This document shows positions 20,101-25,786 of a DNA stretch of 25,786 nucleotides, one piece after another. A program made the position numbers and the translations under genes. The DNA comes from a virus (lineage: Duplodnaviria; Caudoviricetes), in IMG/VR virus record IMGVR_UViG_3300034107_000631, positions 1 to 25,786 of that record. One strand, given 5' to 3'. How positions within the stretch are numbered: the stretch's first letter is position 1; every line of letters begins with the position of its first letter. The notes under the pieces are model-generated. The model did no database searches and was not told the origin of the DNA. It saw only the letters and a list, made by a program, of their open reading frames with translations.

Positions 20101-20929
20101 TTTATATGTTAAATATATGAGTTTGGCACTTGAAGGTTTTGTGTCAAGGGTAGAAAGCAATTTAGGTAGTTTTATAGATTTATATATAATTTTTTGGCTT
20201 TATGGGGAAAATCCAACTGATGATGCAGTATTAGGTGCAGTAAATAGAATTGAAAAATTAAAGAAGAATAAGGTTTATGCTGCATTAGAAAAAAAATTAC
20301 AAAGTGCATATGTGTCATTGAGGGCATTATCCCCACCAGAAGATTTTAAGAAAAATCAAGAAGCAAATTATGTTGATGCAAAAAATAATGCTAATTTGGT
20401 TAAATTAAATAAAGTGTGTGAATATACATATAATAATATTAAAACAACAAGAATACCAAGGGAGCCTTCATATACTTTACCATATTATTTAGATTTATTC
20501 TTTGAAACTAAAAATCCAAAAGAATTATTATTTTTGGATAATATGAATAAAACTATTGAGGAAACATTAATTAAATTATATGTTCTTGATGGTGCACCAA
20601 TTATATCTGATTTTAAAGTTAATGTTAAATCTGGGGAGACTTATTCAATATTAGTTAATATTAAAATAGATAAAGAAAGTAATAATGTGCCTTATACTGG
20701 AATAAAGTTTATTGCTGAATCTGCAACAACTACAGATAATAAATATAAGTTAACACAAGATGATATTAGGTTAAAAATAGAAAGTGATAGTAATTACATT
20801 AAAAATGATGAAAACCCAGATAATAATGATAAGATTGGGGATATTATTTCTATTGAGAATACTTTATTAAAAATAAAATATTGGAGAGTTAATTATACAA
20901 AATTAATTTTATATCCTAAATTAAATTAA
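14180..20929 (+). CDS. Very large baseplate hub-like protein (gp27 / late control D-like termini)
   Basis: N-terminal FGIKMIDIK...PTVTITMEDIQG...FYLTIKGYYG...FNANFNTTSGDYTVNLEF; later TITCFGNALIQPTMYF...GPYFITEVSHKIAPGTFETTFTGTR, typical of the final hub barrel. Follows the LysM wedge gene with an 11-nt overlap. Confidence 0.65.
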   Translation: MANEQGDVHVIYDYQNVIYIDPNKIITNTGEVIDRAVIPENFVMYANLETKLIPRTKLLIGGDPKDSIKNIKLASINFLKPNTKDDYFTSSYYDEFTGKNSLGGKGTNQKTIDLVGEGEESYFLNGVDNIEDNTLFGIKMIDIKTNASFVPTVTITMEDIQGRALFSLGNDSPYSAFFNLPYPPFYLTIKGYYGKAVRYELVLTKFNANFNTTSGDYTVNLEFLGYKYNVLSDISVGHLIACPNMYAKKYKITQTNPSDLTPSQVNNISNQTDGQIQSSLNDETVFEVNNELGYQKIIEVYKEYKAKGLIDINFPELTLAELTYKLEMFEQNVLNSLNKVDVQKLTDGKRYKKFLSNYYQEVRGGITSWYNKYLDNNPIILLGEKYPAYGFKKEIIDNPKDGKILLVESDLKTIISKYNSELNDNPTFGIYGTSPIENNINYNTFDINIKRSDVDWCKTYKIRNKSVSLIELNSLTEDDCRTRIEKNIFFTYTISGVTRTTPTFVIAPFVEERNSMEAKFINELNGIERALSEQLAKRIEKKETGIGFKPTIKNVIAVIMATTEGFLRLMEDVHLKAWNARDNQIRIDGVFSDNQIAKDDNSLNTEDNFVFPWPLVFQTNDKKDANKYELVYPGDPTVVNTTKGYFYDVWPEVEFVEEYITGYSKRSETPSPKDALDLDKIIRNSYVHTTMEYPFQVLPYELTSNSKFFYELWDRILLSSYISGFSSIYENDKRIGMLIKENEFKNIKNTLSTNSVIFIQQLKNILFSVNGLDYDNYNAILEDISGGISERYNRYLDGFSNSNYISDILNNPSKLYDIGDFKLTTDNFTNNLNESKSNTIINVIQKAPTDGNINFTYPFTDALWVSENLTNDFANKYDTTKTILFNRKRNVITNFKEYNEIVTNRPFKFFATEKPIMYGSIYQDNFSTNQTKSLINSPIFNNAIQVGVNKWRTGEKHPYIASAYLFLNSLPLSPLTSFFIDKGKPEKNGHVFATFIKYSALHKLPYAWILKYGSIWHRYKETVKTGVDFLDEVWKDFDYKTNFNADSNFEYIINGNQPIKLKENNNISIGFYPVLLNDYNAFLNGYDLFSGFTNNELSVNEKRGFKVLNSLTYSISGLTFNCYTTLVPKNIYDSSTFSNYCEDTNFSTTSKYYVLPSTNNNLITNSSLPKSTSTYSSVDSLLNTAHNGAISLTMQDEYNSFTLDNLKKPNHTEYLSSKRDVNAFSLLMDFGNENYASIEDIFSIFDYDTLNLFENEFLNFSKSIYDIDQDKNQINLIGLDYSNPVSAYKNFQLLFRNLMEVPSNHLNLIDSEFYEQSAKYQEENITNFLDGFLSYDMLFKYGNPTQYDRYYYNSLIGHLGGNSRILNPATFKGYVANSLPNNIALQLSELANENAWKALRQHVGFSTISSLTYKNNGSYITDFFIDNNIEFTEANVIALAKPIKIYATQKLNNPLFNKQQFLILLNNHQNSLDTFVEDNLNETLLLLTKEINNIDIVEINEINSGLDSKFSKYDLYETFKSINDKWISSSDFTSRTLFEDVLFLDRGGRNIGDLYYVDIFDLKKIFVGTKTNLKTPVFNFIGGILVKNNFNVLPMPSYVNFYGALSPTDIIEDVIESATDIANDVWGNYTDVDYRKSGPKLVCIFSGRDSTTPKGPKDFRYGDDAIDMLKPSKIPFLEDQTSKKDWSQSNKCVSFLVDAGIRNQAIFYGVTVDQNNGTATLESLIQQEEVRNSVSGRGETTQSASLFNLYKNLSYKSTITCFGNALIQPTMYFNLEHVPMFGGPYFITEVSHKIAPGTFETTFTGTRQSIYAPPSTDTYLTSINENLLSKIESNYAKSIQNEKTEKSSETNNSQTSGTKQTNSSECGKYLFENYIQYERITDENIIYSSATEIYSGITKTVGGKLADYIYIISYLSSFDDNKFKANHNNFGNVWLTYDRGNPSAFNQDKKTFYCAKNVENEKIQTPFAIFSSFDLYVKYMSLALEGFVSRVESNLGSFIDLYIIFWLYGENPTDDAVLGAVNRIEKLKKNKVYAALEKKLQSAYVSLRALSPPEDFKKNQEANYVDAKNNANLVKLNKVCEYTYNNIKTTRIPREPSYTLPYYLDLFFETKNPKELLFLDNMNKTIEETLIKLYVLDGAPIISDFKVNVKSGETYSILVNIKIDKESNNVPYTGIKFIAESATTTDNKYKLTQDDIRLKIESDSNYIKNDENPDNNDKIGDIISIENTLLKIKYWRVNYTKLILYPKLN

Positions 20930-20958
20930 AATTATTTGAATAATTGGTTTAATTGATA

Positions 20959-20966
20959 TATTTATA
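20959..20966 (+). promoter_or_regulatory. TATTTATA putative late-promoter motif
   Basis: 16 nt before ATG 20983. Confidence 0.55.
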
Positions 20967-20982
20967 TGTAAAATAAAATAAT

Positions 20983-21198
20983 ATGATTGAGAATTTAAAT
21001 AGTTATTTAAGGCATTCATCTTCCACAAAAGAACAAATATTAGATGATGGCTCCAAAGAAGTTTGTGATATAATCACAGGTGAATGTTTTGTTGTTAAAG
21101 AAAAGGATGGCTTAATTGAGCGTACTGAAACTAAAACAATTAACAGACAAGTTAAGGTTAAAACTCATGGTGGGATAAAAGAATTATTAAACGATTAA
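20983..21198 (+). CDS. Hypothetical protein (71 aa)
   Basis: Fills the gap, has the upstream motif and an A-rich leader; contains VCDIITGEC. Confidence 0.7.
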   Translation: MIENLNSYLRHSSSTKEQILDDGSKEVCDIITGECFVVKEKDGLIERTETKTINRQVKVKTHGGIKELLND

Positions 21199-21202
21199 TA
21201 AA

Positions 21203-21919
21203 ATGAAAATAGATCAGAAAATTTTAAATGAAATTAGTAGATATCATAATATCAATAGATATATAAGTGAACAAGATGCAACTTTACCCCCACCACCACC
21301 ACCTATGGGTGATCCAAATGCTGCACCAATGCCAAATGCCCCATTAACCCCACCAGGAGAAGTGTCACCAATTCCACCAGGAGGTGCCGAGGATAGTTTA
21401 AGTGCTGCAAACCCAGAACCAATTGATGTTGATGCTGATGAAGATGTTACAGTTATTGATGATGAAGGTGATAGTGAAGAAAAAGGAGATGAGGGTGATT
21501 CAGAAGAATTAGATATTACTGATTTAGTTAGCAGCCAAAAAAATATTGAATCAAAACAGACTGAATATTTTGATAATTTATTTTCACAAATTACCAAGTT
21601 GGAGGAGAAATTAGCCCAAATGGATAGTATCTTTGAGAAGTTAAATGCTATTGATTCAAAGGTTGAGAAGTATCGTGAAAAGACCCCAGAGGAGAAACTA
21701 GAGTTAAGAACTTATGATTCTTATCCATTCAATCAAAAACTATCTCAATTTTTTGATGACAAACAAGTTGAAATGGAAAAGAGTGGAAAAAATGATTATG
21801 TTTTAACATCAGATGATGTGGTAAATATTAATCCAAATGAGATAAAGAATTCATTTGGTTCTATGGATGATGAAGAGGGTGATTTTATGAGTGATGAGGG
21901 TTATAATTTCAGAAGATAA
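21203..21919 (+). CDS. Hypothetical Pro-rich/acidic protein with a coiled coil (possibly virion or scaffold-associated)
   Basis: Poly-Pro tract, D/E-rich linker and heptad pattern LFSQITKLEEKLAQMDSIFEKLNAIDSKVE. Confidence 0.75.
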   Translation: MKIDQKILNEISRYHNINRYISEQDATLPPPPPPMGDPNAAPMPNAPLTPPGEVSPIPPGGAEDSLSAANPEPIDVDADEDVTVIDDEGDSEEKGDEGDSEELDITDLVSSQKNIESKQTEYFDNLFSQITKLEEKLAQMDSIFEKLNAIDSKVEKYREKTPEEKLELRTYDSYPFNQKLSQFFDDKQVEMEKSGKNDYVLTSDDVVNINPNEIKNSFGSMDDEEGDFMSDEGYNFRR

Positions 21920-21937
21920 TTTATTTTAATATTTTAT

Positions 21938-21966
21938 AAAAAAGGGGGTAATGCCCCTTTTTTTTT
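21938..21966 (+). terminator. Intrinsic terminator separating the structural block from the replication block
   Basis: AAAAAAGGGG-GTAATG-CCCCTTTTTTTTT. Confidence 0.85.
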
Positions 21967-22024
21967 CTGATAAAGTTACCTATCATTGTTATGTAATATT
22001 GTTGTAAACAAAAACTATATATAT

Positions 22025-22882
22025 ATGTCGAATTTAGATGCCATAATGGCGCAGTATGAAAAAAACCAAAAAGGGGATTCCCAAAAATTATCGCAAGAAG
22101 ACAGAATGAAACGTTATTTTACGTTATTACTTTCTGACAAAGAGAACACAGGACAAAGGAGAATTAGGATTTTGCCTACAACTGATGGTTCATCTGTATT
22201 TAAGGAGACTTGGTTTCATGAATTACAAGTTGGGGGGTATTACCAAAAGATTTATGACCCAGCAGGTAATGACAATGAAGCATCCCCATTGAATGATGTT
22301 TACCATGCATTGAAAGCAACAAAACGTAAAGATGATGATGAACTAGCCAAAGATTATAAGGCTAAATTATTCTATGTTGTTAAGGTTATTGATAGAGACA
22401 AAGAAGAAGAAGGACCAAAGTATTGGAGATTTAAGCACAATTACAAGAAGGATGGTATCTTAGATAAGATGATACCAATCTTCAGAAACAAGGGGGATAT
22501 TTCTGATATTGATAATGGAAGAGATTTGATTATTGAGTTAGTTAAATCAAAAAGTCCAAAAGGAAAGGAATACACAAGTGTTTCCACAATTATGTATGAC
22601 GATCCAGCTCCTCTATCTACAGATGCTAATTTAACAAAAAAATGGGTAGAAGATGAATCTACTTGGAGAGATGTTTATAGTAGAAAACCAGTAGAATATC
22701 TTGAAGCAATTTCAAGAGGAGAATCCCCAAGATGGGATGACTCCCAAGGTAAGTATGTTTATTTAAACACATCAAATTCTGAAGCATCCTTTGGTGGGGC
22801 AACTGTTGCAAAAAATGCAACAGTTCAGAAAACCAATGTGGTTGTTGAGGATGACTACATTGATGATGACTTACCATTCTAA
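22025..22882 (+). CDS. Single-stranded DNA-binding protein (T4 gp32-like)
   Basis: RIRILP, YVVKVIDR, DISDIDNGRDLII, YTSV and an acidic tail ending DDDLPF. ATG 22025 is preferred over the track's TTG 21986. Confidence 0.85.
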   Translation: MSNLDAIMAQYEKNQKGDSQKLSQEDRMKRYFTLLLSDKENTGQRRIRILPTTDGSSVFKETWFHELQVGGYYQKIYDPAGNDNEASPLNDVYHALKATKRKDDDELAKDYKAKLFYVVKVIDRDKEEEGPKYWRFKHNYKKDGILDKMIPIFRNKGDISDIDNGRDLIIELVKSKSPKGKEYTSVSTIMYDDPAPLSTDANLTKKWVEDESTWRDVYSRKPVEYLEAISRGESPRWDDSQGKYVYLNTSNSEASFGGATVAKNATVQKTNVVVEDDYIDDDLPF

Positions 22883-22905
22883 TTTTAGAAAAATCTAAAT
22901 TACAA

Positions 22906-22938
22906 AGTGGGGGATATTAATATATCCCCCATTATTTT
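22906..22938 (+). terminator. Terminator-like hairpin after SSB
   Basis: TGGGGGATAT-TAAT-ATATCCCCCA followed by TTATTTT. Confidence 0.75.
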
Positions 22939-22955
22939 CTTAAAAAAAATATAAT

Positions 22956-23957
22956 ATGGCTATAAAGAAAAAGGCATCAGTTAATAGTATTGATGCTATT
23001 AAGGATAAGTTTTCTACAAAAACAAAGTATAAACCTGAAGATTATTATTCTTGTGGGGATGCTTTCTATAATGCTTGTGGTGTGCCTGGTCCTGTTATGG
23101 GAGGTATAAATATGTTTCTGGGGCATTCCAATACAAGTAAGACAACTGCTATGATATTGGCTGCTGCTGATGCTCAGAAGAAAGGTCACTTACCCATTTT
23201 TATCATAACAGAAAAGAAATGGAATTGGGCACATGCTGTTGAATTGGGGCTAAATGCTGAAATTAATGAAGATGGTGAATGGGATGGTGATTTCATTTTC
23301 AATGATTCATTTGATTATATTGAGCAGATGACAGAATTCATAAATGATATTTTGGATGCACAAGAGAAAGGTGATTTACCATATTCTGTTTTATTTTTAA
23401 TTGATAGTATTGGTTCAATACCTTGTAAGATGACTTTTGATGGTAAGGGTGGTAAGATGCACAATGCTGCTGTTCTTGCTGATAAAGTTGGTATGGGGTT
23501 ACATTCAAGGATTTCAAAATCAAAGAAAGAAGAATACCCCTATCATAATACATTGGTTGTTATTAATCAACCTTGGGTTGAATTACCAGATTCGCCATTT
23601 GGTCAGCCAACAATTAAGGCAAAGGGTGGTGAGGCACTTTGGTTAGCATCTTCTTTAATATTCTTATTTGGAAATCAAAAGAATGCAGGTATTAACCATA
23701 TAACAGCTACAAAAAATGGTAGAACTGTTTCTTATGCTATTAGAACAAAGGTTTCAATATTGAAAAACCACGTTACTGGTATTGCTTATAAAGATGGTAA
23801 GATATTGGCTGTACCACAAGGATATTTGCCAGACACAAAAGAGGCAATTGAAAAATATAAAAAAGAATATTCACAATATTGGAATGGTATTTTGTCTGGG
23901 GATGGTGATATTACCTTTTCAGAAAAAGATGAAGAAGAAACTATAATCTTTGAATAA
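22956..23957 (+). CDS. uvsX: RecA/UvsX-like recombinase
   Basis: Walker A-like GHSNTSKTT, FIITE (catalytic Glu position), Walker B VLFLIDSIG, VVINQ, KGGEAL, KVSILKNH. Confidence 0.88.
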   Translation: MAIKKKASVNSIDAIKDKFSTKTKYKPEDYYSCGDAFYNACGVPGPVMGGINMFLGHSNTSKTTAMILAAADAQKKGHLPIFIITEKKWNWAHAVELGLNAEINEDGEWDGDFIFNDSFDYIEQMTEFINDILDAQEKGDLPYSVLFLIDSIGSIPCKMTFDGKGGKMHNAAVLADKVGMGLHSRISKSKKEEYPYHNTLVVINQPWVELPDSPFGQPTIKAKGGEALWLASSLIFLFGNQKNAGINHITATKNGRTVSYAIRTKVSILKNHVTGIAYKDGKILAVPQGYLPDTKEAIEKYKKEYSQYWNGILSGDGDITFSEKDEEETIIFE

Positions 23958-23958
23958 T

Positions 23959-24948
23959 ATGAAGAAAACCCTGCTAATTGATGGTAACAACCTATTTACA
24001 ATAGGTTTTCATGGAGTAAGAGAATTTTATTCTGATGGTAAGCACATTGGTGGGGTTTTCCATTTTTTAAACACAATTAGATTATTTCTTGAAAAACATA
24101 ATCATGATAAGGTTGTTGTATTTTGGGATGGCAATGAAAACTCATTAATAAGAAAACAGATATATCCAAAATATAAGGAGAATCGCAAGATTTCAATGGA
24201 TGAACATAAGTATGCCTCATATTTATACCAGAGAGAAAGAGTTAAGGATTATCTTGAAGAAGTTTTTGTTAGACAATGCCAAGTGGATCAGAATGAGGCT
24301 GATGATTTGATTGCTTATTATACACAGATAGCTAAAGATGAAAATATGATTATATTTTCAGCGGACAAAGATTTAACCCAATTAATTGGAGAAAATGTAA
24401 CAGTATATTCACCAAGTTCAAAGACATATAGTAAGAATGGGGATTTGATTCATTTTAAGGATATTGACATACCACATAATAATGTCTATATTTATAAAGT
24501 AATTGTGGGAGATACTTCTGATAATATTGATGGGATATCAAATTTTGGTGAGAAGAAATTAAAAGCATTTTTCCCAAACTTTGAGAAGAGAAATTACCAG
24601 TTGGATGAAATATTAAATGAAGCAAAAGTTTTGCTTGAAGAAAAAAAGAATAAATCTCTGGATAATTTGGTATCAGGTATTAGTAAATCTGGTTTTGTTG
24701 GAGAGGAGTTTTTTGATAAAATTGGTAAAATAATTGATTTAAAAAATCCCTTAATAACTGAAAACGGAAAGGAAATGGTTAATGAGATTTGCAATGATAA
24801 GTTAGACCCAACTGATAGGAGTTATAAGAATTTAATGAAATTAATGAATGATGATGGGTTCTTTAAGTTTCTCCCAAAGAGGGATGATGCTTGGGTTGAT
24901 TTTGTTAGACCATTTATGAAATTGAGTAGAAAAGAAAGAAAAAATTAA
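23959..24948 (+). CDS. 5'-3' exonuclease / flap endonuclease (T4 RNase H, PolI N-terminal-like)
   Basis: LLIDGNNL, VVFWDG, RKQIYPKYKENR, EADDLIA, SADKDLTQL and H3TH motif GDTSDNIDGISNFGEK. Confidence 0.92.
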   Translation: MKKTLLIDGNNLFTIGFHGVREFYSDGKHIGGVFHFLNTIRLFLEKHNHDKVVVFWDGNENSLIRKQIYPKYKENRKISMDEHKYASYLYQRERVKDYLEEVFVRQCQVDQNEADDLIAYYTQIAKDENMIIFSADKDLTQLIGENVTVYSPSSKTYSKNGDLIHFKDIDIPHNNVYIYKVIVGDTSDNIDGISNFGEKKLKAFFPNFEKRNYQLDEILNEAKVLLEEKKNKSLDNLVSGISKSGFVGEEFFDKIGKIIDLKNPLITENGKEMVNEICNDKLDPTDRSYKNLMKLMNDDGFFKFLPKRDDAWVDFVRPFMKLSRKERKN

Positions 24949-24965
24949 TAATTAAACAACATTTT

Positions 24966-25424
24966 ATGAGACAGAATGAGACAACAAAGGTGGAATTTTT
25001 ATTGACATTGAACAACAACATTATTGTTCAGAGGTTTTTAAACATTAAAAATCTTAATACAGATGCAAAAGATTCGGTAGAATTGTATGATTTTGTTAAG
25101 TATTTTTCAGAAGATTTAGAGAAGTATTTAAAGATGAAATCAATTGGTTATTTGATGGACAATAAGGATAGTATTTTGTATGACCCCACAATAATGGAAA
25201 CGTCATCAACAGATGAGGCTGAATTTTTTAATATTTATGTTAAAATTTCTGACCAAATTATTTCTCACAGGATAATTGATGGCAAACTTTATCCACCAAA
25301 GGTAAGATACACAGTTGATATTCGTAATTTTATTAAGGAAACATTAAAAGAATTAACAAACATTTTAATTAGTCAAAATTTAACACACGAGTATTTAGAA
25401 AAGAATTTATTGTCTAACTATTAA
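24966..25424 (+). CDS. Hypothetical protein (152 aa)
   Basis: Clean ORF packed between exonuclease and helicase; contains YPPKVRYTVDIR; no family recognised. Confidence 0.75.
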   Translation: MRQNETTKVEFLLTLNNNIIVQRFLNIKNLNTDAKDSVELYDFVKYFSEDLEKYLKMKSIGYLMDNKDSILYDPTIMETSSTDEAEFFNIYVKISDQIISHRIIDGKLYPPKVRYTVDIRNFIKETLKELTNILISQNLTHEYLEKNLLSNY

Positions 25425-25434
25425 TAATTTTTTT

Positions 25435-25786
25435 ATGTCAAAGAATTTTGATTATTTGGGGCAGACGTTCCAACTACAATTAATCAATCAGATTATTTTA
25501 GATAAGGAATTTGCTAGAGCAATACTAGACTTCATTAAAATATCTTATTTTGAAAATAAGTATTTCAAATTAATCATTCAAATGATTAAGGAGTACCACA
25601 AGAAATATGATGCTGCCCCCAACTTTCAAACATTGGAAGTTGTTGCAAAGTCTGAAATAACACAAGAATTGGCTTTAAAAATTGTTATTGATACCATAAG
25701 TAAGATTAGTTCAGCACCACTTGATGGTGTTGAACTTGTCCAAGAAAAGGCACTTAAATTCTGCAAACAAGAAGAGGTTAAGATTG
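25435..25786 (+). CDS. Probable replicative helicase (gp41/DnaB-like), N-terminal part, 3'-truncated
   Basis: Not in the track because it has no stop in the window. Translates MSKNFDYLGQTFQLQLINQIILDKEFARAILDFIKISYFENKYFKLIIQMIKEYHKKYDAAPNF...EKALKFCKQ, resembling gp41-type N-termini (YF...Y...P, FCKQ). The ATPase motifs lie outside the window. Confidence 0.7.
   Translation, partial: MSKNFDYLGQTFQLQLINQIILDKEFARAILDFIKISYFENKYFKLIIQMIKEYHKKYDAAPNFQTLEVVAKSEITQELALKIVIDTISKISSAPLDGVELVQEKALKFCKQEEVKI

Noticed and set aside
1-20929. Bacterial extracellular contractile injection system or tailocin
   Set aside because: It is directly linked to phage-type SSB, UvsX, exonuclease and helicase genes, which fits a phage genome.
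21981-21988. Bacteroidota -7 promoter element (TAnnTTTG) before SSB
   Set aside because: TATCATTG has a mismatch and there is no clear TTTG -33 element; too weak to call.
920-24794. Short nested or antisense ORFs in the track (920, 4120, 5088, 6926, 7440, 12570, 12748, 14835, 15652, 18250, 21244, 22659, 22977, 23338, 23437, 24594)
   Set aside because: They lie within or largely overlap well-supported genes and show shadow-frame composition with no recognisable motifs.

Overview
This is a very AT-rich, CG-poor, densely coding segment of a large contractile-tailed (myovirus-type, distantly T4-like) dsDNA phage; nearly all genes are on the + strand. 1-20.9 kb is a tail module: sheath (5'-truncated), three genes lying between sheath and tube (membrane-anchored GH73 peptidoglycan hydrolase, HAD-fold protein, and an antisense nuclease-GNAT fusion), tail tube, tail/hub assembly chaperone, tape measure, a 1554-aa tube-initiator-like protein carrying an OmpA-like domain, a LysM/gp53-like wedge protein and a 2249-aa hub-like protein. 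21-25.8 kb holds two hypothetical genes, then a T4-type replication/recombination block: gp32-like SSB, UvsX/RecA, 5'-3' exonuclease, a hypothetical gene and the start of a gp41/DnaB-like helicase. Best leads: (1) a probable programmed +1 (or -2) frameshift at TTT_TTT_CGC extending the chaperone into an unannotated 53-codon frame just upstream of the tape measure; (2) a single-chain Zn-finger/Vsr-like nuclease plus Mom-like GNAT gene, with face-to-face promoter motifs and a 10-bp flanking inverted repeat; (3) a recurrent TATTTAT promoter-like motif and A-rich starts without Shine-Dalgarno sites, suggesting a Bacteroidota host; (4) a CG-rich patch at the sheath 3' end. All protein calls come from motif recognition by eye and gene order; no database searches were run.
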